Shown one piece after another: positions 51,249 to 64,000 of a stretch of DNA of 64,000 nt. A program made the position numbers and the translations under genes. The notes beneath the pieces were generated by a model. It ran no database searches and had not been told where the DNA came from. It was given only the letters and a program-made list of their open reading frames with translations. The stretch's first letter is position 1. Every line of letters begins with the position of its first letter. The DNA is from Marsupella aquatica (lineage: Eukaryota > Plantae > Marchantiophyta): the NCBI GenBank assembly GCA_973895155.1, contig OZ316896.1, positions 20,014,754 to 20,078,753 on the forward strand, given 5' to 3'.

Positions 51249-54200
51249 GTTTGATGGGGCTGCTCACCTCATTCTCTTCACAGCTGTGAGATACATTGAC
51301 TAACCTAGCCATCTGGCACTCCAAATTCCGGCCATTTAAAGTTTTTTTCTTGGTTCAAGAATGTCCTACGAAGAGGGTGTCCGTGGTCGTACATTGAACT
51401 CAGCCCTCTAGGACTCCGTGAAATGTAAACTTGTGAAGCAAGTCTGCAGGTAGCGGAGTTGTGCTTGTTGCTCCACAACATGCCTACATGTTTCGGATGC
51501 TAACGAGCACGAATTCTTAGTAAGATCCAAGTGATCTTTTCAATCTCTAGCACAGATTTTCATATTTGAGCATCTGAAATTTCATGTGAAGCTCATGTTA
51601 AATCATCTCTAGGAAGCCAATTTACTCCACCATTCTGGAAAATGGTGCCTATTTTGGTGGTATTAGCAAACCTTAAACCAATTTGAATATTTTCTCTTTG
51701 TATTTGCTGTATGCCTCATAGGACAGAATCACGGGAGCATGTGTTGGGAACATTTCATAAGACAGCGGACAGACTAACAGATGTGTTATAAGGATTTCCA
51801 CTAAGACAGAAAGGTAAACTGTGGCTATTGTGACGAACATTTTTTAAAAGGTCCTTTAAGGTTTAAGTTTGTTACCACCCAGTCACATGGGTTGGTCTGA
51901 CTTAAAGTTGCCCAAACAGGGTCACCCTCCAGCAATTTATGAACCAGAAACACTATGTTGGCCTTGTGTTACCGAACTCCTGACTGGTTGGTGACACTGG
52001 TGGTTTAAAACTATCTGAGACAGCCTCATAGCAGAATGTTTTGGATGGTTTGGGGCTTTTGATTATAGCTAAGGAACTTATTTTATATAGAAGAGCTTCT
52101 AAGATATTCAAATGGTTCTTCTTATCCACCAGAATTTAAGTTAGAGTTCCAAATGGTTCGACACATGATGAAACTAAAGTTCAAGAACTCAACTGGAGCT
52201 CAAGTAGTTGTCCTAAAAATCGAGCATAGAAAACAAATGTCCAAATCATCACTGGCAGGTCTTTGACACCTCATGAAGTTGGGCTCGCTGGGTAAAAACA
52301 CTCGTAGGAATTACAATACTCATGAGTTTTCATTCACACTCAAGTTCCTAACTGATGCCCAGGTTCTGAAAAATTAGTCATTTTCAAGACGCTTGAAATC
52401 TTTCCACTCCCATTGCAAAGTTCTTGTAAGAAACTTGACGTACCTAACCTTTGTACCAAATGCGTGAAGAAGGCTTAATATGTCTGCCAACTACCCATCA
52501 CGAAAATCTACTCGGGGGTAAGCTGTTATACTATACCAGATGATTGGGTGTCACTTGGTTTGCAGAGCTGCCTTCCAAGTCTTGCTATGCTGCCTATGTG
52601 GCAAGCCTCACCATTATTGGTTTTCTTTTTTATTTAGTCTTGAAACTCTGGTGCGATTCTTTGTCTATAGTATTTTCACAACCTTTTGGTAAAAGACTTG
52701 GCTTTTCCGAGTCTATGGAGGTCAGTTATGAAAAGGTCCTTCAAATGCTTTCCCTTGTAGTGCAAGGATTGAGGCATCCAAGCCTAACTCATAATATAAC
52801 AGCTCATCAAAAATTTCTATGAATACCAGTTGAAACTACTCCAGTAATATTATTGGGATCATTATGTAAAAATTCTGCTATCTTTTGTAATGTGTTGTAC
52901 AATCCAACCATTTCAAATTATCAAACAACCCGTGCATAGCAGATAAAGTGCTAAAAGTATGCATGTCTTCCCTCTAATTGTCCCATTTTCTAAAGTAAAG
53001 GTCATGGTGTCCCTATACATGTATTCCAGGACACCTATGATGAACTATCTCAAGTGTCCTAAGCTACTTCTTATTGGACATCAAATTTCAAGTCATTGTT
53101 CTCCCTTTGCTTACTTCTGTCTGTGGGTTGCCTGGTCTTAATTCTTGCATTTCATAGTCGTATAAAAAAAATTCTTTTGAGACCAAAAAACAAATCATTG
53201 ACCCTGGCCTGTACTGAAAGATTAAGGTAGTACAATATCTAGCTTCAAGCAATAATGTTTTGTAAGAGAATTTATTATGCTTGACTAGATTGAGTGCCCA
53301 AGTTTTGCTCCGAAATAGATGGTGAGTACCGTTGTGTGCTTGTTTCTGTTCCACACCCAACCATAACTGTGCCCAGAGTTATGATCTAGAGGCTTCACTC
53401 AGACCTTAGGCCCTTATGCTAGCTCTAGCGTGCGCTTTATTTGATAGTTTAGAAGGAGGGTAAAAGAGTCCTACTCTAGGTTCTCTGCCGCTGTGTTTGT
53501 TTGTGACATCATTGCAAGTAGTGTCACTGGATTTTAAATAGTTGATTGATGTAACCTAGCAATTCCAAAGACGACACATTCAAGCTACTTGCACAATTCC
53601 ATGAAATGGGTAAGATAAGGAATTATGCACACAAAAGAAACGTCATCCATAGGGCCACACTAAAATATGGACCCACACTCATATACACTTGGCACAAGTA
53701 GTGGTGCCGCTATAATTGTGCATGTAGGGAATTCACGCACATGTGTATAAAAGCCAACTTAGGGTGTTTATCATGTGCATGAATGGACTTGAATTATCAC
53801 AGCTTGGACTGAAAATAATACACAACGGTAGTATGTTGTCAGCTACTATCATTGCAATTCTTGACAAAATTCACAGGCAACTCTTGTGTTGTTTTGGATT
53901 TTTTTGATAAAGCATAGCAATAAAAGTGGGATGGCATGAACGAAAAATATAGATATACTCCTCTTTAAGAACTAGAGTAGGTAATTTAAAATTGGCAATA
54001 AAAGCACTGATAGATTATGCAAAGTGGAGATATTCAAACTAGGTCCGAATGGTATCCTATAAATGCTAAGTGGGCCCAAGAGGCAATCATTAATTGTCAA
54101 TTGTTGTATAAACTCTATTCTATGTTACTCCACTTTAGATAATATATGTGTTTACAAACGATAGAACGGTGCTCCAGCATTCTTTTTAAATAGTTGGGGA

Positions 54201-57200
54201 TCTAACCTTGGTAGACTGGAAACTACCCTGGATTCCAATGGATGTTAGGTTTAGGTAACTGAACCTGCACAGTTGCCTTGACAACAACTTTTTGGTCATG
54301 TTCTTGTTTTTTGCAACCTGGTCAAGGTTCTTTGCACCGTACAGACAGGTAACAGATACCACCTTCCCTTGTATCAATGTTCACATGTTTTGTGTGTAAA
54401 ATTATGCTTGCTCAATCCAATCATCAAATTCGTTCTGTGATAGGACACCACTTAAGTTAATACTTCTGACTTCCGTTCTGACATGAGAGACCTCTAAAAA
54501 TTACTTTGTTTTAGAGTATGGAGCCCCAGGGTACTCACTATTTACATTTCTAGAGGTGGGCTTTTTCATAAACTTGCAAAACCTTAAAAAATACCAGCAT
54601 TTTCATGTAAAACACTGATATTATTTGTTTTATTTTTTAAAATCTATTTAAAATTTTGGGTCTAACTGTTTTTCCTTTCCTTTGATTTCTTGCCGAGAAC
54701 ATAATAGTAAGTTCCTATTTGTGGGCAAATAGATGATGTAGCTATCCATGGTTGCCAGTAATTTTGAAAGTAACTTACCATGGGGGTCCATAATGAGTTT
54801 TCATGCAACAGGACAAATTTAAGCCATCATGCTCTGGAAAACCTCTGTACTTGACGCCTTTCATTTCTTAAAGTGGATGCCTAGGGCTTTAGAGCTTTTC
54901 TCCATTCACCCTTTACCCCATTCTGACTTGCAATGGGCCAAGTGCATCCCAAGTGTACCCTAAGCCCTAGAGAAGTTCATTTCGCCATCTCACCTTTCTG
55001 CAACAAAGCTCTAGAATCAAAAAAAAAAACAAGAGAAACAAGAGTCAGAAGAAAGAGAAAGCAAAGGGGTTACTGAAAAAAAGGAACCTTAGCTGGATAC
55101 CTGCATCCTCCATAGATATATTATTTAGGCATTGCAGGATTAGAGACTCGTCCTTGTGCAATTGACGTACCACTGTACCCACTCTTACTAGATTTTTTAA
55201 TGAGTACCGCAAAAGTGTCTCTAGAATCCACTGCCTCGGCATATTGCCTTGACAGCCATCGAATCAGGTGTACATCGTTCTTATGTCCAATCCATCGCTT
55301 ATGACAGATTGGAAAACGAGAGGCTCGGGATCTCTCACTACCTGAAAGCTACCTTTTGCAGCATTCCTCATCTGCTGCCGATAATAATTATTGTCTTCCA
55401 CTACATGTACGAAGAACTATACAATCTCCATGTCTGAGGAGTGAGTGCCAAGAAAAAAACACAAGTCATGCGGTTTCTCAAAGGCGAACAATTACAATGG
55501 GCCAGCATCTGGACGTCATTATGGTATTTAGGGGAAGCCTGGCCACTATGCTCCCGATAATACTCATTACCTCCATTTCGTATCCGAAGAACGATACACT
55601 GAGGGCCGAAGGAAACTCAATTCATGAGGTTTGCAAAGGCGAAGAATTACAAGCTGGTCGCATTCGCGACGTCATTACGTGGAAGTCTGGCCACTAATGT
55701 AGTCAAGTCACGTTCCAGTCGACGTCACAGGCTACATGATCGTGTATTTTTCTTGCCTACACTGAGCTGGTTACTTGATTCAATCAGGGTCGAGTCTACA
55801 TCTTCGCCCTATGCAAATATGAACATCAGGCCCACTGCAAGCCAATAGTCCGTGACACTGCAATTTGTACCTTTACTCAGGGAAAGTTGGGCGGGTATAG
55901 ACGTATAGAATCTCCTTCAAAAGCAGAGATTCTCTATAGATCCTTCTTTATAGTTCTATAGAGGGGAAGATCCTTCCATAGGAGACAACTACTGCCAAAC
56001 ACAGCTGGCTACGCGTGAAAAATGCTTAGGATTCCAAGTATCAGTGGGTACATGTGGTTTAAGCATTTCTTGGGATTTACTGCACAATTTCTTCTCTCTC
56101 CAGTGAGTGAATTGCTGGATAGGCAGAATCATTTCTCAGAACGGTGTGGAAGTGACATGTTGTCTCGACTGTGGCACAAATGTCGGGAGAGAGTGTTATT
56201 TCAGAATAATTCTTCGCTTGACAACGAAGCGTCAATGTCTGTTCCTCAATCTCGTCGCGTGACATTGTACGGGCGGGATTTCCTCGTGTATACATCCTGG
56301 TCACTTGAATTGCAGACTTGCAAAAGAATTTCATCTACGCAAACAACTCCTTCGATCCTCGAGTAAAGAGATCAGTGCCCACCACAACAGGCAAACTGTG
56401 ACCAACCTCGAAGTTCGGACAAACTCGTGTGACAATATCAAGGGACTTCTACGGTACGACTGGTCAGACTTCAGATGGCCCTGACAATCCGACCACAAAT
56501 CAGACAAGGCCGACGATGCACACGTCACTGGTTCGGGAATTCCTAATTCAAAAGTATTTTCTCCGTGCAGCGAATTTTTCTTTGCCTCCGAGAATCCATT
56601 AAGTAAACATTGGAACGACAGAAACTTCACTTGTCCTTTAGTTTTCTATTCGCGTTGGAGAATCCATTTTTAAAGAAACATTGCAACGACAAGTTCGCAC
56701 TTGCTATATGACAAGTATGGATTACAGATTTTGATCGAGTTACTGTGCCTTGTGACTGTTCAACAACGCTGACAAGACTGATTCTAAAAGCCAAAAATGA
56801 TGGAGAGGCATTAGAACACCACATAGTTTCCAGGTTTTGTCTACACTAAAGTATCGGATCGTCATCGAAACTATCAAATACTTTATGGGCAAAACTGTGA
56901 CGGAGGGGATGTTTCGTAAGGAACAATGATTAAAGAAAACCACTCTCGGGAGCTTTCTCTTGCCTACAATACCCAAAGGTGCTCTAGTCTTTACATTTTA
57001 TCTTTAGCACAGTCACTCTTTATGTTTCGGCCTCTATTGAAAAGGACAGTAGCATGAAGGCTAGAGGAAGGGACAACCTTGAAAGACAGCAAGGCAATAT
57101 CCCTCCGGAGAGATTACAGTCAAAACATGTACAGTGCATAGTCGGGGGTTGTTAGAAACATATAAGATCTAGGGTACTGGAGTCTGGAGATAGCAGCTGA

Positions 57201-60200
57201 CACTGTGACACTTTTGTCAGTCGAGACAAACCGCCTCGAAAACTATGCCCTTATTATAGAGGTCATTTAAATTATGCTTGCTTTGCCTGCACACAACATT
57301 TCCCTACAGCCCGCAAACGATATTTTCTTTGAAGCACCATGGTGGCGGGCTGTTAACGAAGGCGATACAGTTTAATCGAGGAACAGAGGCTTCCGCATGA
57401 ACGAGACTAGTGGCCATCTCAAACCGAACGCTTTTGACGATGGCTAAGTCGATACGATCGGAACGGCAAGACAGTCTAAGGTGTACTTACTCCACTTGGT
57501 GTGGGAAGCATAGAATAAAAGAGAGAAAGACTAAGATTTAACAATGAAAAACACCTGAATTTATTGTGGCATGAGAAGACCGCAGAACGTGCGAGACAAC
57601 ACAAAACATGAAATACCTGAATTTATTACCACGTGGACGCATCGGGATAATTTATTAGTTAAGAATGACTTGCCAACGGCTTCCAGGCGCATGTTGGGTA
57701 TATCAAAAACAGGATCTCCACAAATAATGGTCTTTCTCGAGTGCACTGTTACAGGACATTAAGACGACCCTTGAAAACCTTTCAGACATTCTTGACTGGG
57801 GCAATCTGCTTGATTACAGTCGACACTTTCATCGACTGAAGCGCAAATGAATCAAGGAAGGCACGATCCTTTTTGGGGAAGAGAAGACACGTGCATCGCA
57901 AAGGAGCACCTGCTACAGCGATTGTTCTAAAGTAGCAGGCATCCTCCGTTCTAAAGTAGCACGCATCCTCGATGTGGGTGATTTCTCCATCCGCATCCAC
58001 TGGAATAAAAGAAACAGCGATAGTGGAACAATCAATCCATAGCCTACCCACAGCCCGTTGCGAAAGTGAACACACGTGCTTCATCAGAATCTGCACATGC
58101 AACCACACGCTAGGTCTCCAAATGATGAAAGTCTTTTGCAGTATTCCAACGTTGGATACTATGTCAGGTCGTCTCAAGTCAAATTGCGAAAGCATCGTTG
58201 AAGGAAATACGGGAACACATACACAACACGGCTAAAATCCAATTTTTGGCAGAGTTGGTTAGAAACCTCAATAATGTGGGTCAAAGTGCGACTGACTGAA
58301 AGGAAAGCAATCCGACCCATAATTCTCTCGAATTGAAGCTGTGCTCCCCTACTTGACATGCAGAGCAACAGAATTCATCCGATGGACAGTAGTATTCTAA
58401 TCGGAGTCCACTACTTTCGGGATGCCTCGGAAAGAAACTTATCTCAGACAGACAGATTTGCATGGAAGAGCTCACTCAGATTACATGTCCCATCCACGGG
58501 TACCTGTGAGAAGCACTGCTACATCTCAACACGGGAAAGGGAATGAACTCGACTATTATGGGATAAGCTATGCAAGAATATAAGCAGTAACACAGATATA
58601 TGTGACAGAGACTGAAAACTTTCTCCGGAAGTGGCATTGGCCACATTGTCCTTCTATAAAAGTCGACTCCATACCCACCTCATAGTTATCACCAATTACC
58701 ACCACAGCAAAGAAGATTGCCATCAGAAGATCAAGTGAAATTCGCGCAGCATGGAAACGATGGCAGTCTGAGTCTTGATGTTAGTTCTGTCAGGATCAAA
58801 TCGTCCCCAATATCCGTAGGGAGCAAGAGATGTACAGCACCATTACACGCTAGTCCAATGAAACTGGTAGCATCCAAAGCTACAGATGCAAGCAACATTA
58901 CAAAGCTCGTTAAATGAAACCGGTATCAATGGACACTACGCCCATGAATGTAACGAAGCAAGAGGAGCAGCCAGTTGAGGTCAAGCCAGATTGACAACTG
59001 TTATCTGACGAAGTGCTCAGCAAGGACGACTGTAACGCAGATGTCTACAACGAGACCGCAACAAAAGTGTGAGACACTGCGCTCAAATTGAATCAATTTT
59101 TCCCGAGAGATCCTAAGACACGACTAAGAACAGCACCCATCAGAGACGAGTACTAACGATCTACGAGGTGACTTTACAGAGGCAGCCTTAGCTTACCTTT
59201 GAGCATCCACAGATCGATGGATACCGCAGGCAAATTAAACTTAGCTAAACTTTATGATCTAATAATGTATTAAAGGGAAAGACCTTCGACAAACATTGGA
59301 GGACCTTCGACAAACAATGGCGGCTAATCAAGATAAGACAATAGGCTGAGTAAGATATCATCGCGCAACCAGGGGGGCGGACCAGATCGTCCTGAAATCT
59401 TTCGTTCCAGGAGCCGACTGTCTGCACAGATCAACAGTTAACTGCCATATGACCGGCACTGGACTCAGCTCAAGAAAGTCATTTTTCAGACGGCCATCTA
59501 TAATCACGGCTATAATCAGGGCGGCAGAAGAAAGTGAGAAGAACCGTAGACAGATTACCATGGCCACGCCTCCATTGGACAGTACACACCAAGGCAGGCT
59601 GTCGACAGCGCAAATGGAGTACCAGATAACAGGTACCCCTACCTATCCCGTCCACCCAATACAATCAATTGGAAGACGGCAATTGACAAAAAGGGCGGTA
59701 GGAAACGATGAAAACTTACGTGGAATTGGGATGAACCAGCCACGCACACTGAACACATTACTCGACCTTACGGGCGTATCCTCATCATTGGCAGACGTAG
59801 ACTGCCGACAAAACAAAACTAACTGCAGGGTGATGTAGGGATTCCGTGTATCTCATCTACTCATTATCATCACCTGTGAAGACTATAGTCGATATCCTCT
59901 GTGCGGCAAGAGCAGGAAAACCCGGAGAAGTTTGTACAGATCATGGCTCCAGGGTTTACAGTGCACCTATATCGTCAGACCGAAGTTTACAAGAGACCAA
60001 CAGGGCCCCGTTTTATATGTGGAACTCAGAGCCTTAAAGAGTTATCACCTTCGGATGTACCGCCTGGAAGCTTGCTGGCGTTCTTGTTACAGACAAAGTA
60101 CCTCGAATTACTCGACTCCAAGCTCGGTGACGTTCTACATGAACAACGGGAACCGTAAGAAACACATATCAAAGACCATTTGCAACTTAAACGTATATAT

Positions 60201-60961
60201 GCAACTGATAACAGTATCGTGCCAAACTTCTGGGTTAGACAACGATACGAGTATCCACAAGGACCAAGAAAAATTTATATACAGACCTTTGCGTGGAGTC
60301 GGCGCACGACAAACGATAGACACGAGCACTGAGGTGCAGAAGTCCAGCTTGGGAGGCAATCAAGCCATCGTTTCCTCCCGAATGATCACCAACGGCGGTA
60401 ACAGCACGACATTAAGCTTCTACAAAAGCTCAAGCTCGTCAGCAATGTAGCCAGCCGCATTATAACCACGCCTATCCTAGTCGAGGTGCTCCCCTGGGTT
60501 TATGTCAGCCTCCAGAACGGTTCAAAATCTCTAATGTCCTGGTGGAATGGACTAGCTTGCCTTGATAATGTGATGATGCGAATGCCCCGATCGAAGGATG
60601 GCAGGAGCATCTTGCTGGGCAGCACCGTTTCAGGTTGACAGAAACTTTCAAGGATACCAGCATCGACCCTCCACTAGGTCCATTCCACCGGGCCGGCTCT
60701 CCCTCGATTGTGATTACGAATTGGGATGCACGAGGTCAGGCATAACAAGACCGTGCAGACGTCCAGTCGGCCGTGCCGATACTACTTACTCTTCTGTGCA
60801 AACTTATCGAAGGGAGACGGGAGACAACTCAGATCGACATCGTTGAATCCGGGGAACTCAACTGTCATTATACCTGCCTGAACCTCTTAGACAACTTTTG
60901 TTCCCCGCGCAAGGATAATACAGTACCAGACTGGTACCGCAGGAGCCGTCGTGGCGTTCAG

Positions 60962-61135
60962 GCCATGACCCTTGAGTGACCGTCGATAGAGCTGAGCAAA
61001 ATCTACTGAGACCAAGATTGGAGGTCCCTTCACTTGTAACGGAGCGCCAGCCATGACCTTTGAGTGACCGTCGATAGGGCTGAGCATTATCTACCGAGAC
61101 GAAGCACGGAGGGTCCATTCACTTGGAACGGAGCT
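60962..61135. repeat. 88-bp tandem duplication, 2 diverged copies
   Basis: GCCATGACC.TTGAGTGACCGTCGATAG.GCTGAGCA..ATCTAC.GAGAC..GGAGG..TTCACTTG.AACGGAGC at 60962 and 61050. Confidence 0.85.
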
Positions 61136-62315
61136 GCACCACGCCGCACCTCAACCAAAACTTTAGTTGCTCCGTTCATCTCCAAAGCATACTCGAAAGT
61201 CAGCCTCCAGTAAGTTAGTCAGGGTGACATTCGTCAGACCGAAGGGAGTCTTATCCAAAAATGGAGTGCCCAAAGTGTCCGTCACAGCTATGGTGTGGCC
61301 TACACTTGCGCGTTCAGCGAGGGCAACTGCAGACAGTCACTACAGTAGATACGTTAGAAGTCATTGAAGTTCAAGATGGACCCCTTGCCATTCACCTCTT
61401 GCAAATCTTTGGGAGGGTTCGAGGAGAGCGGAAGCCTGGAGATACAGGAGAGCAAGAGAACTAGAAGCGTAAAAATCAGAATGAGGCATGTGGTAGTGGA
61501 ATGAGAAATGCAGGTATAGAAGCATGCACAAGCAAAACAAAGTGGTCTTCCAATCATCAAGGACCTTCCAACAACATCGATAGAAGCGGCGTCAGGCAAC
61601 TCAATTGAACTCCGATTGTCTGACATTAATTCATGGTAACTGTTGATCAAACGGGAGAACTATCGACGGTCGTTTAGCACCGTACAAGATCGCTTGCTCA
61701 CAAGCAAGTACTTTACAGGCGGACATTCGGTATGCAGCGGGAAGCCAACACGAATTATCCAAGCCAAGCTTGTCTATCTATACGAGCTTGGCTTTGACAT
61801 ACCCCGTCGCTGGTTGGTGTCACCCAGACCTAGTTACGACGGACCCGTGTTGGCCGTCTGATCTTCTTAATGAGTAAAACATGCATCTCAAACCCTGCGA
61901 ATGTACAGATCGATCGGTGGAGCAAAAAATGCCCGATAAATGGTCTACATCTGAACTAGCTATTGCTATATTTCTCTCAAAGATATAGTGCACATATTTA
62001 CAGAATCTTCAGTGTAGTGGGATGTTGCTGTCCCCGCCGAGATTTACGAGATGTTGATCAAGCGAGCTCCACTTATGCAGCAACCCAAGAGGTGGCTGTG
62101 AGCTCACATCCGGATATCTCCATCGTTCGCGCTGTTGGTAACATCCCAGAGTCATCGCCGAGTGGGCATGGCGATGTGAACTATGTACAACCCCATATGG
62201 CGAATTGGAATTGTTGGAATGGCGGGTGCTTATCCACACTGACCCACCTTAGCTATGTGTGATGGTCGCAGCTAAGGTGGCTTGAGAAGAGGTTAGATCA
62301 TTCCGTCTTCCTCCG

Positions 62316-63893
62316 TTACAAACTGTAAGAAGACCGCCACGAATGGGTAGGCGAGTCCACCGGGTGCGCAGAGGGTCCTTGAAATGGAACAGTTTGTGCA
62401 TCTGGACTCAAGACACCCATATTCAGATCGAGCTCCATGCTATCATAGACATTGTCCGAGTGCCCTCCCATCAATGGTGTCGCAGGGCCCCGCAGAGGGC
62501 TACCTACAAGGGTCACGTTCTGAACTGGTACTGAAACGAAGGAGGCCATATCCGGACCTTTCGTTTGCTCCACGCGTGAGTACATGCTTGGTGACTTCGT
62601 CAAACACCTCTGCTTGCAAGCGACATTAATCAAGCTCTCGTTCTCAGAGATTTGACGTGAATATGCAGCCTTCATCGAGGCTGCCCTTTGGAGGGACGGC
62701 TTTGACCTCGTGCGGGTCGTGGGATCCGGATGGGGAGACATTTGTAAAGGGGAGGAAGGGGAAGAGGGGATGGTAAAATTCGTTCTTGCCTTCGCTCCAC
62801 GCAGCTTGCGGGCGGCTGCATCGTAGGCTCGGGCAGCATCTTCTGGAGTGTCGAAAGTTCCAAGCCAATGACGACACCGACCTATTCGGTCTCGGATCTC
62901 AGCTGACCATCGTCCCCACGGCCTTTTCCTCACTCCTCTGAACACCCTGCCACTACTTCCTGCTGCATCGTTGGTGCTTGCCCTCGACTCGGAGTTGTTG
63001 TTGTTTGCAGTTAGAGGCACATCCGTTGCAGCACCTCGGGGTTTGGTCTCCGTACTCTCCACCACAGGACTACCTCGTTCAAGATGCATCGGTGCCATTC
63101 GCTGCGAAGTTTTGTCATTCCAGTGGACCTCTTGCAGGTGAAATCCAGGATGCGGACTGATCTGGTTGAGTGTAGCCTCGTAACTAGACTTCTGACCTAA
63201 TGTTTGATCCGAACCCAATTGACCAAATTCACCCGATAGCAATAAGCTCGCAAGGTCTGGCAAATAAGGCAAATTGCTGCTGCTGTTGCCCTTAGTCGCT
63301 GGTGGAACATAAGAATCAAGGTTACTGCCGCTATTGCCCTTAGTCGCAGGTGGCCCAAGAGAATTGGTACTCAAGTGCCCAGAACTCGGATTAAACCTTG
63401 AGTTGAGGCGCTCCCTAGGGTTCCTTCCATATAAAACGCTACACCCAACAACTGCTCCGATACCTATCGAGTCCAGATCCACTTCCTGCGAGGATAATCC
63501 TGAATCCTTTCCATCTCCCGTCAATAAGAAGGGAGGAAGATTGGACATGGAATGATCAGGGAACTTCTGCTGATGCCTCTCCACCCTAATTCCAGTACCT
63601 CTGTCAGCACCCATGCCATCTATGGACCTCCAGTAAGAGTCCTCGTCGAGACCCTGCATTCCAGAATCTCTGCGTAAATCTTCGGAAGAAGAGCCCATGC
63701 GGGGATTTCTTCCAAGAAAAGCCGTGGTCGCGGAGCAGACCGAGCAGAGGGATTGCGGAGTACAGTCCAAACAACGGGACGATGCCTTCCGTCTAAGATC
63801 TGTCTCCGAGATCTCCTGCTTAGCAGATAATTCAGATCTAAACATAGGTCTTGTTTTGTAGCTATCGTTCAGGAGTACATCGTGCAAAGCCAT
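62316..63893 (-). CDS. Single-exon AP2/ERF transcription factor, ERF084-like (class VIII), with an EAR-like motif
   Basis: AP2 domain [56 protein letters not shown]; C-terminal ELDLNM. First ATG at 63893; the ORF track starts at an upstream GTG. Confidence 0.93.
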   Translation of the reverse strand: MALHDVLLNDSYKTRPMFRSELSAKQEISETDLRRKASSRCLDCTPQSLCSVCSATTAFLGRNPRMGSSSEDLRRDSGMQGLDEDSYWRSIDGMGADRGTGIRVERHQQKFPDHSMSNLPPFLLTGDGKDSGLSSQEVDLDSIGIGAVVGCSVLYGRNPRERLNSRFNPSSGHLSTNSLGPPATKGNSGSNLDSYVPPATKGNSSSNLPYLPDLASLLLSGEFGQLGSDQTLGQKSSYEATLNQISPHPGFHLQEVHWNDKTSQRMAPMHLERGSPVVESTETKPRGAATDVPLTANNNNSESRASTNDAAGSSGRVFRGVRKRPWGRWSAEIRDRIGRCRHWLGTFDTPEDAARAYDAAARKLRGAKARTNFTIPSSPSSPLQMSPHPDPTTRTRSKPSLQRAASMKAAYSRQISENESLINVACKQRCLTKSPSMYSRVEQTKGPDMASFVSVPVQNVTLVGSPLRGPATPLMGGHSDNVYDSMELDLNMGVLSPDAQTVPFQGPSAHPVDSPTHSWRSSYSL

Positions 63894-64000
63894 GGAAGGA
63901 CTGCACCTATTCGGAGGGAAGGTGGAGGATAGAACTTGCCGACCATATGTCAGCACCGCCGTGAGAGTGTCAAAATCCCTCCGAGAAAGAGCTGGGCGGG

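Noticed and set aside
51300-62300. Short ORFs in the long FBPase-ERF intergenic region
   Set aside because: No domains or coherent exon chains were recognised; treated as non-coding, although a lncRNA cannot be excluded.

Overview
Eukaryotic land-plant genomic DNA with spliced genes; a bryophyte such as a liverwort is plausible but is only an inference. Host genes reconstructed by hand: a uL18-like organellar gene (partial, -), ATG4 (+), LSM8 (-), an intronless degenerate GH17-X8-GPI protein (-), actin capping protein beta (-), plastid FBPase II (+) and an ERF084-like AP2/ERF factor (-). The uL18-like exon 2 and most LSM8 exons are not evident from the ORF track. The main finding is a PHIS (PIF/Harbinger-superfamily) DNA transposon at 1695-14359 with 23-bp TIRs and an AAT target duplication, which fits the Pangu group. 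Besides the DDE transposase and its usual partner ORF, it carries a reconstructable RPA70-C-like zinc-ribbon/OB-fold gene and probably a fourth small gene rich in KxE motifs, arranged as two convergent pairs. A full-length Ty1/copia element (4113-10541) is nested in the transposase intron. In it, gag and pol are in frame but separated by one TGA, and its two LTRs carry different 18-bp arrays. All family assignments come from motif recognition, not database searches.
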